DNA of 64,000 nt from a virus: the IMG/VR virus record IMGVR_UViG_3300021962_000055, positions 28,848 to 92,847 of that record. One strand, given 5' to 3'. Positions 9,243 to 18,120 of the stretch are shown here, one piece after another (position 1 is the first letter of the stretch; every line of letters begins with the position of its first letter). Made by a program: the position numbers and the translations under genes. Below the pieces are notes generated by a model, which had not been told where the DNA came from, did not search any database, and worked only from the letters and a program-made list of their open reading frames with translations.

Positions 9243-10793
9243 TTACACCTGTGATTCTCTTAGGAAGGACGACAGACTACTCAACGAAATATCAAACCCG
9301 CCACGATGGTCGTGGTGCTTTCCGTCGATGAAGGCTTCGTTGATGGAACGTTTTTGCTGGAGCATCTCGTACTGACGCTCTTCGATAGACCCCTGCATTA
9401 CGAATGTCGCAATCGTAACGTGAGCAAACTGCGAAGACAACCTGATGATTCTTGCTTCTCGTTGTTCTAGTTTCCCACTGCTCCATGGGAGGTCGTAAGA
9501 GATCAGATAGTTGGCCATAGGTAGGTCGACACCGTACCCTCCGGCATCAGAAGACAAGAACAACCTGACGTCCTGATCATTGGAGAACGCCTGCTTTGCT
9601 TCGTCTTTTTCCTCAGCGTTCATGTCTCCTGTAAATAACACACTTCGTGTCATGGATCTTGAGGCGGCTTGTATCAACTTTAAGTTGTCTTTGAAAAACG
9701 AAAACAAAACTACCTTGTTCTTGGGGTCTTCGTTTAACACCTGTTGGATGTACTCAAGCACTGCGTCCAGCTTGGGGGTGCCTATATTTGCAGGCACTAG
9801 GCCAAGCTTGTACACCTCATCAGCGTATGCGCTTCCCTCTTTGGGGTAGTTAGGGTCGCTGTATTTACGGGCTGAGTTAACTACCAGTTGCGGGTTATCG
9901 CAGAGCATCCGCAACACGGTAAGACGGGACATGATTTGCCCCTGGGCCTCATTAGATTCTGGGTCGTTGTAATGCTTCCAGATGTTGAAAGCCCCACCAT
10001 GGCTACCTATTACCTGCTGTAACTGGTGTAGCAGGTCAGTTGAAATGGTTCGATATAGCCTGGCACCTACGTCGTCAAAAGCCACCGGGATGGTTTGGTG
10101 AATGATGTCTGGTAGCTGATCGGCAATATCTTCCCTGGTCTTACGCACCATGCAGTCAGCCATAGAGGCATGAAGGTTCTTTAGGTTTCGATACCTAGTT
10201 GGCTTGCCAAAGTGATCTCGGACAATAAAGGTCCTGTCAAACTGATCAAACTTGCCTAGGACGTCCGGGTCAACAAATTCCATGATGGAGAACAGTTCCT
10301 CGGGGCGGTTCTCGATTGGCTGTCCGGTAAGGGCAAATCGATAAGGCACTCGCTTACCAATCTTCTTTATCATCTTAGACCGCTTACTTACCCTGGATTT
10401 GATGATGGTGGCCTCGTCTACGACGACAGCTTGGATACCAACTTTGAGACACTGAGCCATATCCCGTATCAATGTCTCTGGGTTTACGATGATATAGTCA
10501 GCTGACAGTGTGGCGCGCCAGCACTTCTCACGAGCTTTTGGTGAGCCATCGATTACAAGAACTCTAGAATTAGTAAATCGTTTAATCTCACGCATCCACT
10601 GGTACTTGAGGGATGCAGGAACAATGACAAGGCATTTATCGATGTCGTTGGATTCCATCAACCTCTCGATGGCTGCAATGGTGGTGACGGTCTTACCTGC
10701 ACCCATAACCAGGCCGAGGAGCATCTGCCCGCGATCAACCATACGGTCGACAGACTCTTCTTGGTACGGGTACAAAGTTCCTTTAAACATCAC
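9243..10793 (-). CDS. SNF2-family helicase
   Basis: MGAGKT, DEAT, LTGQPIEN, GYGVDL, QREARIIR. Confidence 0.92.
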   Translation of the reverse strand: MMFKGTLYPYQEESVDRMVDRGQMLLGLVMGAGKTVTTIAAIERLMESNDIDKCLVIVPASLKYQWMREIKRFTNSRVLVIDGSPKAREKCWRATLSADYIIVNPETLIRDMAQCLKVGIQAVVVDEATIIKSRVSKRSKMIKKIGKRVPYRFALTGQPIENRPEELFSIMEFVDPDVLGKFDQFDRTFIVRDHFGKPTRYRNLKNLHASMADCMVRKTREDIADQLPDIIHQTIPVAFDDVGARLYRTISTDLLHQLQQVIGSHGGAFNIWKHYNDPESNEAQGQIMSRLTVLRMLCDNPQLVVNSARKYSDPNYPKEGSAYADEVYKLGLVPANIGTPKLDAVLEYIQQVLNEDPKNKVVLFSFFKDNLKLIQAASRSMTRSVLFTGDMNAEEKDEAKQAFSNDQDVRLFLSSDAGGYGVDLPMANYLISYDLPWSSGKLEQREARIIRLSSQFAHVTIATFVMQGSIEERQYEMLQQKRSINEAFIDGKHHDHRGGFDISLSSLSSFLRESQV

Positions 10794-11707
10794 GCAATCC
10801 AGGGGGGAACAACAGTGGCGTTTAGCAGACCGTATTCAATCTGCTCATCCGTCATGTCTCCGATGTCCTTTACATCTACTCCCTTGTAGTTCCACCACTT
10901 TATACCACGTCGAGGTGTACCAAGGAACTTGTAAAGTTTCTTGCTGGACTCCAGACCAGCAGCATCGTTGTCCATGGCTACGACTACCTGGTCAGCCACG
11001 TGAAGTAGCAAGTTCATCTGGTCTCTAGTCATGTGGGCGCCAAACGAAGCTAGAGCCCTGGGCTTTTCAAAGACCGCTGCAAACCGAACAATGTCAAGAG
11101 GGGACTCCACGATCACGGCGGTGCGTCCTCGAAACCTTTCGATGCCAAACAAGGTGCTTCCTTTGGAGACCCCAACTGGGTAGTTGCGCACCCAGTCTCG
11201 TTTCTTCTCCTGCCACCCTATGAGTTGCCCAATTGAAGACACCACGGGCAAAGCCCATGATTTGTTCTCTGGGTTCCAACGAACACCGAACTGGTACACA
11301 AGGTCTGGGTCAAGGTTGCGGAATGCGCAATGCTTGTCAGGAACTCGGGTGAACTTTGAGAAAGCCGAAACGTTTAGAACTGGGTCTACGGTGTCTTTGG
11401 TTTTGGTGGCTAGTAGCCGATCCATCCCAGCGTTGATCAAGAACTGCTGGGCTGACATGGCGTCGTTGCCAACCAGCTCGTACAGGAGGGAAGACAGAGA
11501 ACCACGGGCACCGCATGAGAAACAGATCCACAAACCGGTAGTTGCGTTAATGCTCCATGAGGGAGAGTTGTCCTCACGGCCTACGGTACGGATGTGCACG
11601 GGGCACTTGCCAGTAATCTCTCGATCACCGATCTTAGATATTTCAACACCGGCAGTCTCAAGGATTAGAGCTATGTCAGTCGAAGGACGGGTCGATGTCT
11701 CCGCCAT
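10790..11707 (-). CDS. DnaG-type primase (CHC2 zinc finger plus TOPRIM)
   Basis: CPVH...CFSC; VESPLD; DNDAAG. Confidence 0.9.
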   Translation of the reverse strand: MAETSTRPSTDIALILETAGVEISKIGDREITGKCPVHIRTVGREDNSPSWSINATTGLWICFSCGARGSLSSLLYELVGNDAMSAQQFLINAGMDRLLATKTKDTVDPVLNVSAFSKFTRVPDKHCAFRNLDPDLVYQFGVRWNPENKSWALPVVSSIGQLIGWQEKKRDWVRNYPVGVSKGSTLFGIERFRGRTAVIVESPLDIVRFAAVFEKPRALASFGAHMTRDQMNLLLHVADQVVVAMDNDAAGLESSKKLYKFLGTPRRGIKWWNYKGVDVKDIGDMTDEQIEYGLLNATVVPPWIA

Positions 11708-12929
11708 CCATCATCACCTCTTCAAACTCCATTGTGGTCCAGTCCCATTTGATGTGTACTTCCCCTGTAGGAGAAGACCTAGCCAGTACGACTCGGATAA
11801 TTGCTTGATCGTCTATGTCCGGGTTGCGTTCTACGCCAAGAATCAAGTCGGCGTCTTGTGCAAACGATGATGTGTACCCGATGGCGTCAGCGGTAACTGC
11901 ACGTGTCTTCTTGTTGCCAAGTTTCCATGAAAGGACCTGAGTGGTGGCTACTACGGGAATGTCAAACCTTTGAGCAAGCCTTTTGAGCGATCTGGTGATG
12001 TTGGTCAAAGCTTGTGGGGAACCTTTGGGCTCTCCCTCTTCGTCATCCATCAGGTATACGCCGTCTACCACCAACAAGTCTGGTTGATACTCCTGTACTT
12101 TTCCAGCCAACGCACTCACCGTGGTGAGCGATGAGGAATCTTCACTGAACACAAACGGTTGCATGTTCTTGCGCAGAGCCAAAGCACTTTTGATCTTGGC
12201 CATGTCCTGCTTGTTCAAGTCACCAGACAGAATGCGCCCATACGGGACACGAGAGATCAAGGCGTCATAACGTGCTTCTTGCTCTTCAATGCTCATCTCA
12301 AAGGAAATGAAGAGGGGCCGTTTCCCGTGGATGTGTGCAGCGTTACCAATAATGAGGGCGAAGAGAGACTTACCTCGTTTGGGTTCACCTGCGAAGACGA
12401 TGAACTGCTGAGGACGTAGTCCGTGGGTAATTCGGTCAAGCCCGTGGAATCCGGTAGGAATGCCACGAAGAGCATTGGGTTGTTGGCGCATCTCTTCGTA
12501 ACGAGCAAGACGGTTCTCCCAGTTCTGAATAATGTCTACGTCGCGTAGACGAGCGGACTCTACTGAAGCTTTTTGTAGGCCGGAGCTAAGCACCTCCATG
12601 GCCTTGGCGATGTTGTCGTCGTTGAGCTCATTGATGGCGGGTTGCAGCGCATCAAGCATGCACCGCTTCCTGTAGGCGTTGAAGACCTCATCGAGAAGAC
12701 GAGAGAACGGTTCATCATCTGCGTCGTACAGGGTGATGCCGCCAAACTCCTGCATGAACACTCGCTCACTGGGAACAGTGCCATGGGCGCGGTAGAACTC
12801 CAGGATCCACTGCCAGATTGCAGGCCACTCACCAGTCAGGTGGTCGGGCTTCAATCCAGCACGTACTACTGGTTGTAGATCCTTGCTGTGGATGACTTTA
12901 GAGATTAAGTACAATTCACTAGACGACAT
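11676..12929 (-). CDS. dnaB: DnaB-like replicative helicase
   Basis: GIPTGF, GEPKRGKS, SFEM, VVDGVYLM, QDAD. Confidence 0.92.
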   Translation of the reverse strand: MSSSELYLISKVIHSKDLQPVVRAGLKPDHLTGEWPAIWQWILEFYRAHGTVPSERVFMQEFGGITLYDADDEPFSRLLDEVFNAYRKRCMLDALQPAINELNDDNIAKAMEVLSSGLQKASVESARLRDVDIIQNWENRLARYEEMRQQPNALRGIPTGFHGLDRITHGLRPQQFIVFAGEPKRGKSLFALIIGNAAHIHGKRPLFISFEMSIEEQEARYDALISRVPYGRILSGDLNKQDMAKIKSALALRKNMQPFVFSEDSSSLTTVSALAGKVQEYQPDLLVVDGVYLMDDEEGEPKGSPQALTNITRSLKRLAQRFDIPVVATTQVLSWKLGNKKTRAVTADAIGYTSSFAQDADLILGVERNPDIDDQAIIRVVLARSSPTGEVHIKWDWTTMEFEEVMMDGGDIDPSFD

Positions 12930-13369
12930 CACAGCCTCCACGCAGACTCAGGGCTGACCACTGTAGCGCGCATGCCTAGCGAATACGCAACATCTTTGTT
13001 CGGCGCGTAAACAACTTTGATTGCTCTGTTGTACTTCAGATCATCTGCATAAGCGGCAACGTCTTCGTAGAAGTACACCGGTGTAGTTACGCCTTTGCGA
13101 AGAAGCCAACGGTAGATGGGCTCTACGGCATCAACCGATAGAAACGTTATCACCTCGGTTGAAATACCAAGGCGCTCAACAGAGTCAATCAATGATTTCA
13201 GAGGTAGCTCGTTGGGCGACCACAGCGCGAGCGCAGCGTCCCAGTCATTGCGGCGAATATAAAACTTCTCTTTGACCGCAGAAACCCCAGAAGGTGGGGA
13301 GGCCAGGACGCCCTCAAAGATAGAGGCTTGTCCCACTCCGCTAGAGATGGCGATGTCTCCTCGTTCCAT
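12929..13369 (-). CDS. hypothetical protein (possible degenerate HAD-like fold)
   Basis: Coupled between loader and helicase genes. Confidence 0.55.
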   Translation of the reverse strand: MERGDIAISSGVGQASIFEGVLASPPSGVSAVKEKFYIRRNDWDAALALWSPNELPLKSLIDSVERLGISTEVITFLSVDAVEPIYRWLLRKGVTTPVYFYEDVAAYADDLKYNRAIKVVYAPNKDVAYSLGMRATVVSPESAWRL

Positions 13370-13959
13370 CAGGCCACCTTTACTTTTTCCATCTCAACTA
13401 CCGCACTTGTTACCCGCTCTCCATAACGGCGAGTAAAGTCGGTGACACCAAGCGTGGTGGTCACGATGGTGGTGCGCATGTCTTCATGCCTGCGGCGGAT
13501 GAGACTTCCAATCTCGTGGGTTGCAAACTCCGTTTCTCGTTCTTGCCCCACACCGTCTAGAAGCACCACGTCAAATGTTCCCTGGATGTACTTGATCAAG
13601 TACGGACTGGAATACATCTCCGGCAAAAGGTTGTCGTTGTCAAACTGGTCTTTGAGCATCTCGATGTACCGATCAGCCGTAACAAACCGGCCAGACGCTG
13701 TGTCTGCAATCAGTTCTTGAAGCACCAGTTGTGCTAGTACGGTTTTTCCAACTCCGGATTTTCCGTGGATAAAGATGCTGCTTCCGGGCTCAAACGTTTG
13801 TAGCCACTTGACGACCTGCGCCGGTACCTGAACAGATTCTGTTGGGATTTGGGAGAACCTTTTTGGAATCTTTGCATGGAACAACCGCTCTTCAACAGGA
13901 CGGTTTCTCCACCACGCGGCTGACTTCCAATCAGTCGGGGTCTGAAATTGCTGTGTCAT
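13369..13959 (-). CDS. DnaC/IstB-like AAA+ helicase loader
   Basis: IPKRF, GKSGVGKT, LLDGVG, TIVTT...YGERV. Confidence 0.85.
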   Translation of the reverse strand: MTQQFQTPTDWKSAAWWRNRPVEERLFHAKIPKRFSQIPTESVQVPAQVVKWLQTFEPGSSIFIHGKSGVGKTVLAQLVLQELIADTASGRFVTADRYIEMLKDQFDNDNLLPEMYSSPYLIKYIQGTFDVVLLDGVGQERETEFATHEIGSLIRRRHEDMRTTIVTTTLGVTDFTRRYGERVTSAVVEMEKVKVA

Positions 13960-14293
13960 TTTTGTGGTCCTCATTGTTTTCCGTGTAGGCGTTGTTTACG
14001 ATTTCCCAAAACTCATCGTTGTCCTGTTTACGCTTGTGCAGGACCTTGTTGTGGACCTCAAGCCCCGATTTTGTCGAGAACTGCGCTCCACAATCCGAGC
14101 ACCGGAGCATAGTCTGCCGAGAGCGTAGCGGACGGGCACAGAAGGCATCGGGTGGGATCACTGACTCTAGCGAGTGGTCAAACCAAAGTTCATACTCGTC
14201 AGTGGACTTGAAGTTGTCATGCAACCATTGTACGAACACCAAGATGTCCTCTAGGTTATTAAATACATATCTGTTGCGGTCATCTCTTCCCAT
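13931..14293 (-). CDS. protein with classical C2H2 zinc finger
   Basis: CSDCGAQFSTKSGLEVHNKVLH = C-x2-C-x3-F-x5-L-x2-H-x4-H. Confidence 0.7.
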   Translation of the reverse strand: MGRDDRNRYVFNNLEDILVFVQWLHDNFKSTDEYELWFDHSLESVIPPDAFCARPLRSRQTMLRCSDCGAQFSTKSGLEVHNKVLHKRKQDNDEFWEIVNNAYTENNEDHKNDTAISDPD

Positions 14294-15509
14294 GACTAGC
14301 CCTTCGGTAGTTGTACACCGCTTCCAGGATTGACCCGGCCGCAGGGCGTAGGTTTGTCTTGGAAGGTTTATGTAGTTCTGGTGGAAGTTGAACTGACCCT
14401 ACAGCTGCCTGTAGCTCCAGCAAGTCCCCATCTTCTTCCCCGGCTAGTACCCGTATAAACGAGTTTAGCGCAGACAAAGTACTCCTGAACTCGGGGCTGA
14501 CCACACCTTTGTGAGATGTAATCAAGTCCGCCACAACTTCAGGGTACCGGAAGCAAATGTCCATGCCGTGCATAATCACCGCATGTCGGATTGTGGAGTC
14601 GTTCAGCTCTGGCCAGGGCATGTCAATTCCGTTGCGCTCAAAATCCCCCATGATGAACATCAACGCAGGGTCTTCGACAGATACTTCGGTGTCAACCTGC
14701 TCCATCAACTTTTGCTGAACGCCCTTGTTGGTAAACACCATGATCGGGTTCTCTGCTGTGCGCCAGTGCTCTACGTCCATGAAACGTTTAATCATCTGCG
14801 AAACTGTGAACTCTGTTAACCCAGAATCCCGCAAGGTGTTCAAAGTCTTACGAAGAATGATGATGTCTCGATAGGCGTAGGTGGTCCCCATGATCGACCT
14901 TGGGTCGCTTAAAAACTGGCTGACCAAGTTGGTTACATCCCGTCGGGTTTTCTTTTCTGGGGGCTTGGGGTCAAACGACTTTTCAGGCTTGTCTGGGTCT
15001 GCTCCAAGAATCATAAAATCCTCCAGACCGCTCGCGGTCCTCTTTATGTTTTCAGTATCTATATCTAATATCTCTATTAAAGGGTCCGAGATTTGTGCTG
15101 TTAGCAGGGGTGACTCAGTTTTAGATGGGGTCAGCCGTGACCCATTGATAGGGTCAGCCGTGACCCTATCTACACCCCTGTTTGGGGAGTCAATAGGGTC
15201 AGCAGTGACCCCATCTGGAGCGTTGTAGTTGATCCGGTAAGAGTTGGTGAGGGGCTTGCGATAACGTACAACGGTAACGATTCCCTGCTCCGCCAACCAC
15301 TTAAGAGACCGTTTTACGGTCTCCTTGGAGAGCTCCGAATACTCAGAAATTTGGGCGACGGAGGCGCGCACTTCTTTGGTACGTCGCTCCATGAGCGCAA
15401 CAAGTGAAACCAACAATTGTAAATCTCTGGCGTGCCCAGACTGGCGTATGCGCTCAGTCGCCCATAGGGGGATGGCCAAGAACGGCCCCTGGAACAAGTT
15501 GGTGGTCAT
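14280..15509 (-). CDS. replication initiator-like protein (N-terminal winged HTH)
   Basis: SVAQISEYSELSKETVKRSLKWLAEQGIV wHTH; first gene of loader-helicase-primase operon; internal iterons; start could be up to 15548. Confidence 0.7.
   Translation of the reverse strand: MTTNLFQGPFLAIPLWATERIRQSGHARDLQLLVSLVALMERRTKEVRASVAQISEYSELSKETVKRSLKWLAEQGIVTVVRYRKPLTNSYRINYNAPDGVTADPIDSPNRGVDRVTADPINGSRLTPSKTESPLLTAQISDPLIEILDIDTENIKRTASGLEDFMILGADPDKPEKSFDPKPPEKKTRRDVTNLVSQFLSDPRSIMGTTYAYRDIIILRKTLNTLRDSGLTEFTVSQMIKRFMDVEHWRTAENPIMVFTNKGVQQKLMEQVDTEVSVEDPALMFIMGDFERNGIDMPWPELNDSTIRHAVIMHGMDICFRYPEVVADLITSHKGVVSPEFRSTLSALNSFIRVLAGEEDGDLLELQAAVGSVQLPPELHKPSKTNLRPAAGSILEAVYNYRRASHGKR
15128..15211. repeat. 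three palindromic iterons GGGTCAGC(C/A)GTGACCC, putative phage origin
   Basis: Copies at 15128-15143, 15151-15166 and 15196-15211, next to AT-rich tract at about 15042-15080. Confidence 0.75.
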
Positions 15510-15554
15510 GGGTCGGTGACTGTACAGTATGGAGGGCACCGGATGCAACCATGC

Positions 15555-15584
15555 TTGACATGGTTACGATCCGGTTGTTAGTAT
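15555..15584 (+). promoter_or_regulatory. sigma70/sigmaA-type promoter for dps operon
   Basis: TTGACA-18 bp-TAGTAT with extended -10 TG. Confidence 0.65.
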
Positions 15585-15694
15585 CCCATTAACCAGTAAG
15601 TTGGTGGTTCTCCTGACTGGTTGTAGGTTCAGCGAGCGCCGGGTGTGTGCGGTAAAATGCTCATACCCGGCGTTAGCTTTACCCTAGGAGCACA

Positions 15695-16129
15695 ATGGAC
15701 GATCTAATCAAATCACTAAAGGTCCTGGTAGCGGACGTGGTGACTTTTTACTTTATGGCGCATGGGTACCATTGGAACGTTGAAGGGGAAGACTTCAGCC
15801 AGTACCACGGCCTCTTTTCTGACATCTATGAAGATGCCTACGGTTCTATTGACGCCATCGCTGAAAACATTCGAAAGCTCGATGACTACGCCCCGTTCAG
15901 TCTAAAAAAATTCAACGAGCTGACCACAGTTACTTTTAAAGATGTAGAGCCCACACCAAAGGCAATGGCTAAGGCTCTTCTAACGGCCAACGAATCCGTC
16001 ATTAAAACCCTGAATGATTCTTTTAAGAAAGCCACAAAGGCGGACGAGCAGGGTATTGCCGACTTCCTCGCTGGGCGTATTGACATGCATAAAAAATGGG
16101 CGTGGCAACTCCGCGCTTCAACCAAGTGA
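15695..16129 (+). CDS. dps: Dps ferritin-like DNA protection protein
   Basis: HWNVEG..F...H..F...Y......DAIAENIR ferroxidase motif; AGGAG RBS. Confidence 0.95.
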   Translation: MDDLIKSLKVLVADVVTFYFMAHGYHWNVEGEDFSQYHGLFSDIYEDAYGSIDAIAENIRKLDDYAPFSLKKFNELTTVTFKDVEPTPKAMAKALLTANESVIKTLNDSFKKATKADEQGIADFLAGRIDMHKKWAWQLRASTK

Positions 16130-16136
16130 GGTAATT

Positions 16137-16430
16137 ATGGCAGAGAAGAAAAAGGATCCCCGCCTTGAGCGCGCTGGTGTATCTGGCTACAACAAGCCCA
16201 AGCGTACCCCCGACCACCCTACCAAGTCACACATCGTTGTAGCCAAAGAGGGAGACAAGGTTAAGACGATCCGCTTTGGTGAGCAGGGGGCAGAGACCGC
16301 TGGCAAACCTAAGGCTGGGGAGTCGGAGCGCATGAAGGAAAAGCGTGCTTCCTTTAAGGCTCGCCATCGTGCCAATATCGCCAAGGGAAAGATGTCAGCA
16401 GCGTATTGGGCAGACAAGGTCAAGTGGTGA
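16137..16430 (+). CDS. small highly basic viral protein (KTIRFG...FKARH...SAAYW family)
   Basis: ATG at 16137 after GAGGT; Lys/Arg-rich. Confidence 0.8.
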   Translation: MAEKKKDPRLERAGVSGYNKPKRTPDHPTKSHIVVAKEGDKVKTIRFGEQGAETAGKPKAGESERMKEKRASFKARHRANIAKGKMSAAYWADKVKW

Positions 16431-16621
16431 TGGCTGCCAAGAAGAAGGCCGAGTCAAAGGTAAACGAGGCTGGCAACTACACCAAGCCCGCACTCCGCAA
16501 GCGTCTGTTCAATGAGATCAAGGCTGGCACCAAGGGCGGCGACCCAGGTGAGTGGTCTGCCCGTAAAGCACAGCTTCTGGCCAAGCGCTACAAGGAAGCT
16601 GGCGGCGGTTACAAGGACTGA
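16430..16621 (+). CDS. small basic protein, N-terminal half of DUF5872-like family
   Basis: NYTKP.LR...GG.PGEWSARKAQLLA..Y...GGGY; TGATG coupling. Confidence 0.75.
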   Translation: MAAKKKAESKVNEAGNYTKPALRKRLFNEIKAGTKGGDPGEWSARKAQLLAKRYKEAGGGYKD

Positions 16622-16623
16622 CC

Positions 16624-16872
16624 ATGGCCAAGAAAGAGCCCCAGAAGGATCTCGACAAGTGGACCAAGGAAAAGTGGCGCACATCCGACGGCTCGGAATC
16701 CAAGGGCAAAAAGCGCTACTTACCAGACAAGGCTTGGAATGCCCTTTCTCCAGAAGAGAAGGCGGCCACCAACAAGGCCAAAGCTGAAGGAAACAGTAAG
16801 GGCAAGCAGTTTGTTCCTCAGCCAAAAAGCATCGCAAAGAAGACTGCGAAGCATAGGAAAGGAGGTAAGTAG
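16624..16872 (+). CDS. small basic protein, C-terminal half of DUF5872-like family
   Basis: KWTKEKWRT...RYLP.KAW..LS..E...TN..K....GKQFV. Confidence 0.75.
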   Translation: MAKKEPQKDLDKWTKEKWRTSDGSESKGKKRYLPDKAWNALSPEEKAATNKAKAEGNSKGKQFVPQPKSIAKKTAKHRKGGK

Positions 16873-16873
16873 T

Positions 16874-16990
16874 ATGTGTACATCGTGTGGATGTGGGCTC
16901 AAGGACAAGAAAGACCCCGGCTACGGCAAGGGTCCCAAGAAGGGCGGCAAGAAAGCCGCTCCGAAGAAGGCAGCGGCCAAGAAGAAGTGA
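16874..16990 (+). CDS. 38-aa microprotein MCTSCGCG plus Lys/Ala tail
   Basis: Strong AAGGAGGT RBS; last gene before terminator. Confidence 0.7.
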   Translation: MCTSCGCGLKDKKDPGYGKGPKKGGKKAAPKKAAAKKK

Positions 16991-17017
16991 CCTTGTAACG
17001 GAGGTGACCGTATCTAG

Positions 17018-17051
17018 CAAAAAGCCCCTGGTTTGCACCGGGGGCTTTTTG
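17018..17051. terminator. bidirectional intrinsic terminator
   Basis: CAAAAAGCCCCTGGT-ttgc-ACCGGGGGCTTTTTG between convergent genes. Confidence 0.9.
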
Positions 17052-17118
17052 TTGGGGTGGGGGAACCCCTAGGGCCCTAGCTCGCGTGGTAGCAGCTAGG
17101 TATGTAATGGTGAGAGTA

Positions 17119-17856
17119 TCAGGTGTGCTGTGACCTGACAACCAAATCCATGATGTTTTTTAGAAGTTCTTCTGTACCGGTAAAGCCAAGTTCAGATCCG
17201 TCTTTCATCATGATTATGATGGTAGCCACCTCGGTGGATTCTTTGCTCGGCTCATTGGAAAGCATGGTTACCGCTTCCTGCTTTGACTTGGGATCAAAAC
17301 CCTTGTCCTTGGCCATGCGCTTTACCAGAGCCGTTGGCATCATTTCCAAGGTCTCTCGGTCATAGGCGGTGTCCCCAAGATCTGGAAGCTGGTCGTCAGT
17401 GACTTCATCGTCTTTGGGCATCTGCTCATCCTCATCAAAAATGATTGGTACCAATCCATTGGTCAATTCCAACGTCGGCAACTTTAGGTTGATTGCTAGT
17501 TCTGCAAGTTTCATGGATTGAGCAACACGGTCCTCGTCCCAGAGCAAGAGGGCAAGCCCACGAACTTCACGAGAGTCGAGATCCTTAACAACAGATTCGT
17601 CTACGTCATCAACTACAACCACGTTGGTGGCTTTGGTGGCCAGCGCCTTTGGCACCGACTTAACACCTTCCTTGGCGACGACACTAAACTCTGCCTCGTT
17701 GTCCAGAACCCAGTCATAGACAACCTCAAGACCCTGAGTTACTTTTCCGTACCAGGGGATGATGAACTGGCAAGACGCACCAATGTCGTTTAGACCCGCC
17801 TCGATTACTTTCTTTGGCGCAGACCCGGAGCCGATTACCCCGTATGTTTCTTTCAT
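17119..17856 (-). CDS. hypothetical protein (Rossmann-like N-terminus, possible HeH/Rho-N-like motif near C-terminus)
   Basis: YGVIGSG; LEMM....VKRMAKDKG......K.E.V..L; AGGAG RBS. Confidence 0.6.
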   Translation of the reverse strand: MKETYGVIGSGSAPKKVIEAGLNDIGASCQFIIPWYGKVTQGLEVVYDWVLDNEAEFSVVAKEGVKSVPKALATKATNVVVVDDVDESVVKDLDSREVRGLALLLWDEDRVAQSMKLAELAINLKLPTLELTNGLVPIIFDEDEQMPKDDEVTDDQLPDLGDTAYDRETLEMMPTALVKRMAKDKGFDPKSKQEAVTMLSNEPSKESTEVATIIIMMKDGSELGFTGTEELLKNIMDLVVRSQHT

Positions 17857-17865
17857 GGTTTCTCC

Positions 17866-18120
17866 TTAGCGTAGGCTTTTGCGTTGGAAGGAATCACCAG
17901 CCAACGTCATGCATCGTAACGCTGAGTGTACAGCTCCTGCAAGTGAGGCAACCGCCAAACCTGAAAGTTTTAAGTCGCCCACTCCACCAACCCACGCACC
18001 AAGGTATCCAAACAAAACACCGGCCAAGATTTTTACCCACGGCATTGGTTCTTTGGGTAGGAGGGCGTCAATAGTTTGCATGGTTTTGTATACCGCTAGT
18101 GAGACTACTAGTAGTTCCAT
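17866..18120 (-). CDS. small multi-pass membrane protein
   Basis: 2-3 hydrophobic segments. Confidence 0.65.
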   Translation of the reverse strand: MELLVVSLAVYKTMQTIDALLPKEPMPWVKILAGVLFGYLGAWVGGVGDLKLSGLAVASLAGAVHSALRCMTLAGDSFQRKSLR

